Below, in pieces: positions 1 to 12,348 of a stretch of DNA of 64,000 bases (position 1 is the stretch's first letter; the number at the start of each line of letters is the position of its first letter). The DNA is from Orbicella franksi (taxonomy: Eukaryota). The notes under the pieces were generated by a model, which worked only from the letters and a program-made list of their open reading frames with translations, did not search any database and was not told the DNA's origin. The DNA lies in assembly GCA_964199315.1 (NCBI GenBank), contig OZ116701.1, forward strand, positions 25,544,001-25,608,000, read 5' to 3'. The translations under genes were made by a program, and so were the position numbers.

Positions 1-799
1 GCAATACAGTTGCTGAGTACTTCGGGATATGTAACAAAATCGCCATAGTTATTTTTCCGTTGTGCGTGGCATTATAGGAACATGTTACATATCCTTTCTG
101 GTTCATCCAGGCTGAAGTCCATGCAATACCGTTGCTGAGTGCTTCGGGATATGTAACAAAATCGTCATAGTTATTTTTTCCGTTGTGCGTGACATTATAG
201 GAACATGTTACATATCCTTTCTGGTTCATCCAGGCTGAAGTCCATGCAATACAGTTGCTGAGCGCTTCGGGATATGTAACAAAATCGCCATAGTTATTTT
301 TCCGTTGTGCGTGGCATTATAGGAACATGTTACATATCCTTTCTGGTTCATCCAGGCTGAAGTCCATGCAATACAGTTGCTGAGCGCTTCGGGATATGTA
401 ACAAAATCGCCATAGTTATTTTTCCGTCGTGCGTGACATTATAGGAAAATGTTACATATCCTTTCTGGTTCATCCAAGCTGAAGTCCATGCAATACCGTT
501 GCTGAGTGCTTTGGGATATGTAACAAAATCGTCATAGTTATTTTTTCCGTTGTGCGTGACATTATAGGAACATGTTACATATCCTTTCTGGTTCATCCAG
601 GCTGAAGTCCATGCAATACAGTTGCTGAGTGCTTCGGGATATGTAACAAAATCGCCATAGTTATTTTTCCGTTGTGTGTGACATTATAGGAATATGTTAC
701 ATATCCTTTCTGGTTCATCCACGCTGAAGTCCATGCAATACAGTTGCTGAGTGCTTCGGGATATGTAACAAAATCGTGATAGTGATTTTTCCGTCGTGC
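1..799. repeat. Tandem satellite, ~122-bp unit, ~6.5 copies (continues off the left edge)
   Basis: Unit start GCAATAC recurs at 1, 123, 246, 368, 490, 613 and 735; units differ by few substitutions and 1-nt indels. Confidence 0.97.
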
Positions 800-1653
800 T
801 CTTTCCAGAATCGCTCGGCATTTCTTGAAAAGAATTACATCATGTACTCGAGATTTCTATCGCTCTTGAGAGCTTTGACATAATTTTTGAGATGATTTCC
901 TGACTGCCCATATCATTAACTGATTTTCAAAGTGTCGGTGCACACGATCTTCGAATTCGAATACTAGAAAATTCAGATTATTTTTGGAATCACTAAGCAA
1001 CAAACATGTATACAGAGCATACCCTAAACAGGTTTCAATCAGGCTTTCCGCGGAAAATCTGAGAACATTTCTGACTCTCGGACATTTCTGGGCTGCTGGG
1101 CATAGTCACTTCGCTTACTGAATAACAGTGATAACTGAGATTAGCGAAAACGTTTCATCTATACGTGCTCCGTAGCTTTACAAGAGTAAGAAATGTATCA
1201 AAAAGTCTAAGTTTTAAACTGGCGTTTGTGCCCCAACCTAGAAAACACATTGGTTCAACGTTATTTTTTCTTTTAATCCAAATTCTTCACGTCAGTCGCG
1301 CGATTTCCCGAATCGCCGACTATTAAAATGTTTTGTATCTTTCTGACACGATGGAATTGTCTTACAGTAAATATAATTTCACACTTTAGGATTATGACAC
1401 ATTCGTGCAAAACTTGACGCGTTTTGTGGAACATAAACGATCACCGACAGGGATATGATTACACTGGAATGTTGTAAGCCACTGGATATCCCGTGGAGAT
1501 GCAGGACTAAAAGTTCTACATCTCCACGGGATCCTAGGTCTGTTGTTTGGTTCCTAAGAACGTCTGGCTCGTTATGAATCGGGAACCAGTGCCTGAGAAA
1601 CGGTCAGCAAAAAATCACGCAATTTGGGTGAGCTCTAAGGGTGAGCCAAAGAA

Positions 1654-1915
1654 ATGGTCACCTGATATTGGTCAGCAGATACCTTACTTTGACAACTGTC
1701 AGTTGACCATAACTTGGGTGCCCAAAATCAAAGATCGAGTATGGTCGCCATGTTGCACGACGTAGGCGTTGTCGTCGTCGTAGGGCGAAAGCGCCCGCGA
1801 TCCTTGCCGCTAGCTATGTTAACCATGAAAAAAGAGATGCATGTTTTTTATTTCTATGCATGCATGTGGTTCTGTCCCTTGGCTTATGGTGCTCCGCCAG
1901 TGGGAGCTCCGTTAT
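1654..1915. repeat. Dispersed repeat, copy 1 (diverged), ending in a GGAGCTCC hairpin
   Basis: Shares GAGTATGGTCGCCATGTTG...CCGCTAGC.ATG..AACCATGA...GCTCCGC...GGAGCTCCG with the copies at 36268 and 48605. Confidence 0.75.
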
Positions 1916-1988
1916 TAAAAGAAATGTGTGAAAGTCACCCTAAGGTTGGTTAAGCATGAAACTAACGTGTTTTTTTTTCTGTTATCAG

Positions 1989-4588
1989 GCCACGAAAAGC
2001 GACCGCATTTATGTCAACAGCCCTGAGGCACAAGCAGGTGACAATGGAAATATTCAGATTCTATCATTTACCCAGTCTTCAAAAACGGAGGAAGAAGCTG
2101 GAATGCACAATAAAGGAATGTCCAAAGAAGATGAAGCTGATGACGAGGAAGATGAAGGCGAGGAGACCCTTACTCCAGGAGATCTTATGGCGTTTGCTTG
2201 GCAGATTAGCGAAGGAATGGTGAGGCTATTGCTTTGTTGTGTTACCATCTTTAGACATCACAATCCCGTGTAGAGAACGGAGTGTTCCAAAAACAAAATC
2301 GAATTCCCAGATTTTAACTTAAAACAAACATTCAAAGAGTTTACAATTAGCTCTGGCTGTTTAATTATTTTCTTATGTTTTACCTTTAGACAACTCTCCT
2401 GTTGACGTTGTTCGTCCTCATGTTGTCGATTTTTCTCTCCCTTACTTTACAAATTGTTCTGATTATTAAAATGCGTTCACAGGAGTACCTAGCGAGGAAA
2501 GGCTTCGTGCACCGTGATTTAGCAGCCCGAAACGTTCTCGTTGGTGAACACAAGATCGCAAAAGTGGCGGATTTTGGCCTGACTCGCCACGTGTATGAAG
2601 AGAAAGTTTACCATGCAAAGAGAAACAGAAAACTTCCATTAAAATGGATGTCAATCGAGGCCATCTTTGATCAAACTTTCACAGCTCAAAGCGACGTGTA
2701 AGTAGGAAAATGTTGTTTTCAGGGGGCACACAAGGTGCAAATTTGTCAGAAGTCATTCTGGCTACAATTTAGCCAACAAATAAGCATATGAAAAACAATT
2801 TTTCGAATTGCTTACAATATTTTATTCCATCTTCCCCAGCTAAAATTTAATTCCTGAACGTCTACTTCTAAAGAAATTTCTCTGTAGACATTTACTAGCC
2901 GGCAGACATATTTAAGTCTTTTGGGGGAGTAGTTCCAGGGCCATATCTCATCTTTGATAGCGGAAGGGAGAGGGCATATGTCCAAATGGTTGCGGCCAAG
3001 GCCACATCTTCACCTGCTGTGCGCAGCAAGCAAAGTCAACGAGAAATGGCAACACTCCCGCTGAGGTAACCAGCCAGCAAGAAATCGGCTGAAGAACAGA
3101 TTATAGGTCTAGTTTCAGGAAACAGATTCGTTACGTGTCCCTCTTGTTTTAACAGCTGTCTCGTACGTTTTCTTTTTAAACGACGACTAACATTGCACTT
3201 TTTGTTACTTTATTCATTCAGGTGGGCTTTTGGCGTTGTTTTGTGGGAGCTGGTCACACTAGGTAAGGTTTCCATTACCTAACTTATGAAACATGCGAAG
3301 TTCAATATCATTATTGTAGCATTTTTTTGACCAGTAACGCGTCTTGCAATTCAGCTTCCATGAAACCAGAAATTGACTCAATGTAATAGCGTTTTTGAAA
3401 TGTGTTGTTAATTTTTGAAATAGATGTGTAATTTGGAGCTCTATTTTATTCAGGCGGAACTCCGTACCCTACAATAAACAACAGAGAGTTACTTCGCCTC
3501 CTAAAGGGGGGTTATCGAATGGAAAAACCAGATATTTGTAATGATGAAATGTAAGTAAGATCCTATTTTGATAATGATAGAATGCAGTTATTGTTTGTCC
3601 TAATGAACGAAATATATCGTCGGGAAAGTCACTAAGCAACCTACTGATCCCACGCTAACTTTGCTGTGAAAAAAAGGAATGGAAACCTTTTTTGGGGAAA
3701 TTATTCAAGAAGGCCTCCAAAGATACATGGAGGTACTGGTCTCCATGACTAATAAATTGTGAAAAAGGTACTATTAGTATGAAATAGTGAAGGAAATAAT
3801 TACATTAGCATGAAAGCTGTCATAGCTATCGAACAATAATAACTTTAGGGGTGTCTAATAAAAGAAAGCATACACAGAATAAATTGTTCAAAGAAACAAC
3901 GTTTCTGATAAACTAGACCAGGGGAGGAATCTCATGCCTAAAGAAATTTGTTCGTTTTTGTCATCTGTTCATTCATCCATAAAAAAAAAAGACAAGAAAA
4001 ACAGATTCACAGCTATTTCAGTCTGCATGTCTGCATGTCAGCTATTTCAGTCTGCATATATGTAAAGTTTTTACACATTGACCAATAAGCATGCATCGAC
4101 ATTTTGTTAGGTTCAGTATGATGACGGATTGCTGGATGGAAAACCCAGATGACAGACCAAACTTCACCCAAATACGAGAGAGACTGGAGGAGATGATGCA
4201 GAAGGACAATCCGTATTTGGATTTCAGCGTTTTAGACGAATCCAGGGATTATTATAATGTGCCTTCCTTCAACAGCTTAAATGAGGAATCTGCAGATGAT
4301 GAACTGTCTGACAAAGAAAGTGACGAGCTGTTAAAGGATGAAAGTGATGATATTAGCGTAGGAGAACACAAACCCACAAAAGATTCCAACAAGAATGAAA
4401 TAGTTCCATTGCCAAAACCCGGTCCAGAGATGAACGGCGATATTGACTCTCTTGGTGTGAATAAGATTGAGTTTCATAACAGTGCTTTCCGTGGTGAAGA
4501 TTTTCGTGATCTTAAAGACGTAAAAGTGAATATTGACGCCATTGAAATGGCTCTATACCGCCCAGGAAGTAGAGGGCTTGTGCTCTAA
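1989..4588 (+). CDS. Receptor tyrosine kinase (FGFR/RET/Tie-like), C-terminal exons 1989-2219, 2483-2697, 3222-3262, 3454-3550, 4111-4588
   Basis: All introns are GT-AG and phase-compatible. Spliced protein has [68 protein letters not shown] and [12 protein letters not shown]. Upstream exons lie outside the window. Confidence 0.96.
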
Positions 4589-4882
4589 TTGACAACTAAT
4601 AATGAAGGTTCAGCCCTTCAGTTCAGCTGAGGATACAGAACCCACGATAGCTGCTAAAAATATACAAACCATGCAGTAACTGCTTTATAGTTTTTTTTTT
4701 TTTGGTTTATTGCTTTTTATTACGTATAGGTGGAGAAGTCAAAGTCACTTTCAAATCTAACTAGTCTCGGCAGCATTTATTACTTATAGAAGGCCCCTGC
4801 TTCTTTTCATAGTTATGTTGCAGCTTTGCGATCGATGGCTTTTGTATTTCTATATGGGATGGTTGATTTAGGGGTTATTTAA

Positions 4883-5124
4883 GGCCCAGGGCAAACGTCA
4901 AACTTCACATGAGACGAACTAAACTGCAAGTTGAGTAGATCTAGACGAGTAAAGTTCGACCTTTGGGTCAAACATCAAACTTCATTCGAATTTAGATCGA
5001 CCAACACGTTCCATCCGTCTTCTTCAGACGGACGAACTCAGTTGAGTCGAACGTCGAACTTATCATGGACTTAATTCGCTTGGTTTAGTTCGTCTCATGA
5101 GGAGTTCGACGTTTGGCCTGGGCC
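4883..5124. mobile_element. PIF/Harbinger-like MITE
   Basis: ~45-bp imperfect TIRs (GGCCCAGGGCAAACGTC... / ...GACGTTTGGCCTGGGCC); TAA on both flanks (4880-4882, 5125-5127). Confidence 0.85.
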
Positions 5125-5845
5125 TAACGCTGGGAAACTCGCATTGTCTGGGTAGTAACTGTGCTTTGGTGAAGGCATTCATTTGTTTATTTCTTTTGAA
5201 CACGCTATTAAGTACAATATTGGTGAATGTAACACGAAGAAATTCCTACTAATTTAGTCAGAAGCAAGAATTGTCGTGCTGTACTATATTTAATCATACG
5301 CTTTTTATATTGGTTATGAGATTTCATGAGCCGCGGGAAATTATGTTACATGTAATACATTCAAACTGAGTAAAGCCAGAGCAACTGCATTCCTGTTTTA
5401 TGTTTTATAGTTAAACTTAAAATATACATTTTATAACTTATAGCTAGACTACAAAAAGATGCATAAAGCGTTTCATGTCTTATCGATGTTTAAACAATTT
5501 ACACTTTGTATGCATTAACTGTCTATTCGATTCATTTTGTACTCACGTTTATTAATCTTATTCCTCAATTAAATTATTTTAAAGAAGGAAATCATTTATG
5601 ACTGATTTCATGCTGCTCTACATCAACATCATGGAAGGCGGTTTCTCGAGACAAAGGGAACTCTGAAAACGCTTCAAACGAAACTATGGATCAATTCTTT
5701 AAAAACTTAAAATATTTGGTTTGTGGCCAGGCATGGTTAAAAACTTGATAGTTTTAAGGCCAGTAGTAACATATTTTAATCAAATCTTTAAAAACTATCC
5801 CGTTTAAAAATATATGTGGAACTTCAAATAAGTAACTGATTCTTT

Positions 5846-6047
5846 CAATAGGCCCTTTGCACGACCCGGTCACGTGGTACAAAATCAGCCATGATGGGAC
5901 GCAAATTACACAGTGGGACATCCAAAGCAAAAGAATGTCAAGCTTCACTGGTGGGGGTTGCTCTGTTTTGGAAGCCCCACTGTGTAACTTAGGTCCCTAC
6001 ATAGCTGATTTTGTATCACGTGACCGGGTCGTGCAAAGGTGCTATTG
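5846..6047. mobile_element. MITE with ~45-bp TIRs
   Basis: CAATAGGCCCTTTGCACGACCCGGTCACGTGGTACAAAATCAGC is mirrored by GCTGATTTTGTATCACGTGACCGGGTCGTGCAAAGGTGCTATTG. Confidence 0.85.
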
Positions 6048-6539
6048 TTGTTCCAGTCCAGTTGCATCAGTATGATGACTTTAACATCTTCACTTTCGAT
6101 GCGGTGTTCATGCTGAGAGGATTTCTCAAAAACGTTTCTCCCCTCCACTTGTCCATCAGTGACCTTCTTTTATCTATGACATTCTGCGAGAAGAATCAAG
6201 ACCTACATTAGCGAAAGCCGTCTCCTTTTTGGAGTAATTCATCAGAAAATCCGAAAAGGCAATCTTGTGGAGATACACAATGCATTTGCACACCAATCAA
6301 GCTCAAGCATTGTCGACCACATTTTCTAAATGGCCTTATAAAGAAATGAGAAACGACCACGACACCATGATCAGAAATTGGCTTCCACCTTTCGACCGTT
6401 CAGCGGTGTGGTTGGTCGGAAGTTGTCACATTCAGATCTTTTTGCAGACGTGAGTTTCGTAAAAGCCAAAAGCTGTCAATAAAGATAACAAAAGATAGAA
6501 ATTATTCACCTTGACCTGTACAATCTGACTTATCAAACC

Positions 6540-6645
6540 GAACTAACTAACCAACGGACTGACTGAAATACTGACTAGTGACTGACCGACCGACTCTCTG
6601 AGTAGGACTGACTAACGGAATGACTCGCAAACTGACAGACTCAAG
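6540..6645. repeat. Degenerate (ACTG/ACTA)n simple repeat
   Basis: Runs of actaacta, gactgactg and ctgaccgaccgac. Confidence 0.6.
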
Positions 6646-7918
6646 AACTATTTCAAGATCGAATGGCAACAACTGAAACCATTGTTTCCATTTGTTTGAA
6701 AGGAAATAAGTACTGTTAATTACTCAAAGAAATAAGTGCTCTTAGTATAATTTCCAGAGGTAAATATAAGAATTGGACATTCTGATTGGTCGAAAAGCTC
6801 ATCATGTGACGTTATATTCATCCCGCTGGACCTTGGTTACTTATCTCGCCATCTTTGCCATCTCGGCAAGTAAACATGGTGGACAGTTGCTGAATGAAGT
6901 TTTCATTTATTCAAAAGACATCACTCCAAGTCCAGGATATTTGAAAGGATGGAGAATTTTCAAAATGACTGCTGTCGCCCTTGGACCAAAAATATTTTCA
7001 AGAACTCTTATTCAAGGCTTTTGAGAATCGCAAACGCAGTGGTTGCGTCGATCGCCAGCAGGCCAGATCGATTGACCGAAGTTTATTTTTCTTTAAACTA
7101 AAGCTACGCATTTTTAGGCGTCGATGACAACTGTGAAAGAAGTCAACGACGATAAAACAAAGGTAGCGGATGAATTTTTTTTCGAAATGTTTCGCTCGTT
7201 TGCTTTACTGCCGACCTCGGTGAGTAAATTGATTTACAATCGATGTACATGTAAGCTTATTATTAAAACTATGGCTGCAAACGTGTATATGCACATAAAC
7301 AACTGCGTCTGTGTTTTTATGTTTTAGTCCGTTATTTTGTAGTCCTTGATATTCACCTCTGAAATTTATACTAAAACAACTATTCCTTTCAGGGTCAGTG
7401 AACATTGGTGAATAATTGTTAATTAACAAGAGGCTCCAAGTAGCCTATACTCATGCGCAAGGGAATACAGGTCATTTAATATAGATACGCAATGCGTACA
7501 TAGTCAGACAAGCAATTTGAAAACGTTTGCCATCTAACAACTAGAAATAATACGGGAGAAAGGCTAATTTGAAAAAAGTGCATCATAGATCTAAGATATA
7601 GATAATTAAAAGTGAATGTCCCTAAAAATCAACGAAAATTCAAAAAATGTGGCCACGGTCAAAAAATCGATTTCGCACAGACTTTGTCAGTTTGAAGGCC
7701 TAAGTAAGTAACTAAAGGAAATCAAGTTAGCTTTTTGAAATATTTAATATAACGGCGGAAAACCACGAAAAACGGTTATCGTGCGGGAAGCTCAGATTCA
7801 CTCCGCGAGAACCCGAAAATTCACACTTACGTTCTAATTCGCTACGCTCAAACGAACGTAAATTATTTTCCTCTTAAAAACATAGATAAATAAATACAAT
7901 AAATTGATGGTTGGATGC

Positions 7919-8900
7919 TCAGGCAAGCTGGCTAGTTACTTGTAAACGCTTAGAAACATCTTCAAGAATATACATATCTTTTGCAGTATCAGACTTTCAC
8001 CGTCCGTGAAGCTTGAGTACTCTTTCTGAAAGATTAGGATTATAACTGACGGCAGAGGTGGCTCCACCAGACCTTAAACTATGAAGACCGTACAATTTAT
8101 GATCCACCCCTATTTCCTTAAAGCACTCTTTAAAGATTTCCTCACATCTGGTATTGATAATTTAACTCCATATAACTTGTAAGAATTGGTGGACTTAAAT
8201 AATCTTACCGGACGGAAAAGAGCAACTGAACTGGAAAGTTCAATATTACACATGCCAAATATATCTTTCTAAAAGTGCAACCGGGCAATACACGCTAGTT
8301 AACCTCTTAATACAAACATAATTACCTTCGCGATAAATGTCATTTTTAGCCTTGGGAACAAACACTCTAAGATGATCAGGAAAAAATTCAAGATGCGCGG
8401 GCGCGATGTTACTAAGTTCATCATAACGAAAAAACCGCGCAAAGCCTAACGAGCAGATACAAGCAACGCGTATGTCCTTAAGATTAGCAGAAGGAACAGC
8501 AAACATATCAATAATACTCTTAATAATCTCAGCGGATATAGGCGCCTTTTTAACACTAACTGGCTTATCACGCCTAGCAGCCTCCAACAAATTATGACAA
8601 ATAGAACTATCCAACGGATTGGCGCTGTTACTTGGACCGAACGAGTGAAACCACTTAAGAGCTGCGTGAGTCATAACGAAAGAAAGAGGCATATGAGCTA
8701 GAACTCTTATAAACCTTAAAAAGATAAGGAACTATAAACGTAACAGGAAAAGGAGGCACCGGCCGAACCCAGGAAAAATTACAATATTCAATAAACTTCA
8801 AAATCTCTTTCTTATATCTCTTCGTTGTAGAATCTGCTTTAGACTTCAGTTAAGTCGAAATAAGCTCTCCTAGGTCTGGCTTTACACTAACCGGTATGCA
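7919..8900 (-). pseudogene. Tyrosine recombinase of the DIRS element
   Basis: My translation gives SKADSTTKRY (N-terminal domain), GFARFFRYDEL, GLHSLRSGGAT and HGR*KSDTAKDMY; stops and frameshifts present. Confidence 0.92.
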
Positions 8901-9034
8901 CCTCCAACCGTGGTCTGAGAGAAACATCTGTGACGAGAAAACAACAGAAATAACAGAAAATATGGACCGCCACTGAAAACATTCACATGCTGCAAAAATA
9001 TTTCTGCTCGAACACGACAAAACGGCAAGCGCCT

Positions 9035-9180
9035 ACACAAAAACATTGTAATAATACCAATGCAGGCCAGTACCTCTATCCACAAAAAAACATTGTGATA
9101 ATACCAAACTCAGGCCAGTGCTTCTTATCCACAAAAAACATTGTAAAAGCACCAAATCAGGCCAGTGCCTCTTCTCCACT
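9035..9180. repeat. Three tandem ~45-50-bp units inside the DIRS element
   Basis: ACAAAAA(A)CATTGT..A..ACCAA...CAGGCCAGT.C.TCT..TCC repeated three times. Confidence 0.85.
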
Positions 9181-9231
9181 GAAAAATACATGGACAAGCG
9201 TCCCATGTAGATAAAGCTATAGGGACTTAAC

Positions 9232-9675
9232 TTAAGTCCCTATAGCTTCAAGTTTCATACAAACAGCCAAGATGAACCTAGTGAACCTAACACTACCCAA
9301 AAACGAATTGGTGTTACGCCCTTGCTCTAAAGCGGTAGCACCAAAACACTTACTATCTACTACAAATCTAGAAAATTTTCTAGAAATAATGGGCCAGAAA
9401 TATGACGACGGCCAAAAGGGCACGACTATAGTGGCAATGGCCTTAGAAACGTGCAAATAATGAATAGCTTTAGCAATCAGGCTTACAGGAGGGACAACAA
9501 GGCAATTTTCGCCTTCCAAACTTTGCACGAAAAAATCCACCCCGCTACAACCTGGGTTCCAAAATCTAGAAAAAAACTTGCCAACCTTCTTATTATAATA
9601 ACTAGCAAAACAATCCACTGAATGAACCCCCAGCTTTCCTCTAAAGACATGAAACAATCGGCTGAAATCTGCCAA
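9232..9675 (-). pseudogene. DIRS methyltransferase-like (MT) domain
   Basis: VDCFAS...KFFSRFWNPG...GVDFF...VVPPVSLI...VVPFWPSSYFWP follows RNase H across a frameshift. Confidence 0.85.
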
Positions 9676-11273
9676 TCATCTAAATCACTGATTCGGCTAA
9701 TATAATCGGCTCTCTCAATTTCAGTGCGAGGGATCCAGTGGACCTCTAACTCTATACCATTATTGGCACAGAACTGAAAAATCTCCAGCGCAATAGCATG
9801 TAAATTACTTCTCATACTTCCTACTTGTATGATTTTACATACACTATCAGAAAACCACTTCACAGAAGAGCCTATAAGTAAGGGTAAAAATGAATGTAAA
9901 GTGAACAATATGGTAGATAACTCCCTCCATGTAGGACTTTTTCTACGCTCTTCTAAATCCCATTGCTTATTACAAACCTGCTCGCCATTAATATCTAGGT
10001 GAGCACCACACCCTGTGGCGCTTGCATCCGAATATATTACATAATTAGACATTCTATACGGAGAATCCGCCACTACCCTACGATTCAGTCGCTTCAAATT
10101 AGACTCCCAAAAATACCGTTCTCTAACACAATATTGATCAAGATAAAACTTGGAGTCCCATTCCAGGGCTGAGGCAACTGAAATTGAGCAATACCGCGTC
10201 ATGAGTCTGGAAATATTACCAAAAACCGCCCCACCGGAAATAATCCTACCCACGAGTGAGGCCAACTCCCATGCCGATACCAAACGATCACTTAAGAGAA
10301 TCTTATCGACAGATTTAGCGATACTACTCTCCCGTCGCTCAAATATAGTAATAGTTCCGTTAATGGTGTTCCATATAATCCCCAGCCATTCGAGAACTTG
10401 ACTCGGACAGCATTGAGACTTCTCATCATTGGTGATAAACCCTGATTTCCTTAAATCAGACCAAATATTAGTAGCTAGGACTGCATAGGTGTCACGGTCG
10501 GAATGTATCAACCAGCCATCATCAAGAAATAAAGCAGTATTAACACCGTTGAACCTCCAGTACTTCTCAAGCGGCTTAAGACATTTTGTAGAAATGTAAG
10601 GTGCAGAAGACAGAGCAAAAGGATGAACTGTAAACACAAAATATCGTATGGAAGCTTCCCCTGGAAACTTCCATGCAAACCCCAAAAACCTCAGATGATC
10701 TGGATGAATTTCAATATGATGGTAACCGCTTTTAAGATCAACAGTTGTCATAAAAGAACCCTTTTGGAAATAGGATAAGGCAATCTTACAATCTTCGCAC
10801 TTGACTCTACGCTTAATAAGATAATTGTTGATGTAACGGAGATCAAGAATTAGCCTCTTTTTACCGTTGGGCTGGATGGACACACTCAAAGGATTGACAA
10901 CATCAGGAGGGCTATTTAGTTCCATAACCCTACCTGAATGTAAAAGCTCCAAAATGGCTTCATTAACAAACTCTGAATGATCCAAAGCTGATCTATTATT
11001 TCGGAAGGTAAACCCAGCGGGAGTTTGCTGAAAAGGCAAACGGTAACCCTCGCATATAACTGATAATATATATCTAGGGGCACCTATGCTGCGCCAAAAC
11101 TCTTCGTGTCTTCTCAGACTACCCTTGACTTGCGACAAAGCTGACCCACTAGATTCTTCAAACTCACAAGCTTCTTGTACCTCCGAGAGTTGTGCAAACA
11201 AAACGTTATCACCTCCGTCACTTTGAGCTTCCATCAGTAAGACCTCCTGCTCCGGGTCTAACAATTGGGGCAC
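9676..11273 (-). pseudogene. Reverse transcriptase and RNase H of the DIRS element
   Basis: KKRLILDLR, DLKSGYHHI, FLDDGW; RNase H YSDASATG, RELSTI, WFSDS, HWIPR...RADYISR. Confidence 0.95.
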
Positions 11274-11301
11274 TGCTCGAATAATAGACGCCGCTCATGT
11301 T

Positions 11302-11420
11302 TCAGGTGACAGGCAACGGGACTCTGCAGTCCTTCGCCCAGTGTCCTGGACGGTTGCAACGGTAGCGGCGACCGGCACTTGAAGCATATTCTGAACGGCC
11401 CAAAATAATGGAAAAATAAA
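11302..11420 (-). pseudogene. gag C-terminal CCHC zinc knuckle remnant
   Basis: CFKC and CNRPGHWAKDC sit in two adjacent frames just upstream of pol. Confidence 0.7.
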
Positions 11421-11644
11421 ATGAAAACAGGGAAACAGGTTGGACCGGGCGAGTAGGGGGGAAATGAAATAAACGCCAGAGTGGAGAACGCGAGCGAGAG
11501 GAATCTAGCAACTATTGAAGCCTTAAATACTAAACACCAACCAAGCACAAAATCCCTGGAGACAAGCGCTAACGGCGTGCTCCAACAAAACACGAAAAAC
11601 ATACACTGCTAACGAACTGTATCAACTTCATACCAGCGGAAAAT

Positions 11645-12348
11645 CGGTCAGTGTAAAATGCAGACTGCAGACTGCAGACTGCAGACCGGGGATAAAATAC
11701 AGACTGAGTGTAAAATGCAGACTGCAGACTGCAGACCAGGGGTAAAATGCAGACTGAGGGTAAAATAAAATATTAATAATAAAAAACACAATGATCAAAT
11801 CCGGATCAAATAAAGACGCGTACAATTTTGTTTACGCGATCAGGTCTGGGACCGACCAACTCTTATAGCGCAATTCCTTCATCCTGTTTTCATCGACAAA
11901 GGGTTAATAACGTTCAAATCACCGCGGGTCTTAGTTGCTTCAAATGGCCTTGGAATTGTTCGGAACACAGGGCAAGCAAAACACGACAGCACAACAACAG
12001 GGCAAGCTAAACTTGTAGGCATCGAGCCTAGTTTGTGGAAGAAATTCAATCTCTGTTTACGACTTAATATAGCAAGAGGTTTGTGAATTGGTATTCGCTG
12101 AAAGGTGACAGTCGGCGGCGTTGTCAAATAATCGTTAGTATGACCATTTAGTTTGAAGAGATGCCAAAACTCGACGTGTACAAAATTCAATTTCTGAGTG
12201 AGGCCTTTGTGCATTTCGTGAGTCCTGACGTGGCATTTTACGAACACTATTATTTTATCCTTATGACTCGTTTTTTATTATTAATATTTCATTTTACCCT
12301 CAGTCTGCATTTTACCCCTGGTCTGCAGTCTGCGTTTTACACTGACCG
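11645..12348. mobile_element. Mutator/Foldback-like non-autonomous element
   Basis: TIRs CGGTCAGTGTAAAA.GCAGACTGCAGAC... with 7-bp subrepeats; exact 9-bp TSD GCGGAAAAT (11636-11644, 12349-12357). Confidence 0.92.

Larger units (their letters stand above)
7800..11630 (-). mobile_element. DIRS-type tyrosine-recombinase retrotransposon, decayed; termini not resolved
   Basis: Order on the minus strand is gag knuckle, RT, RNase H, methyltransferase-like domain, tyrosine recombinase, the DIRS/PAT architecture. Confidence 0.93.

Noticed and set aside
1-799. CRISPR-like array
   Set aside because: The whole 122-bp unit repeats; there are no unique spacers or cas genes, and the context is eukaryotic.
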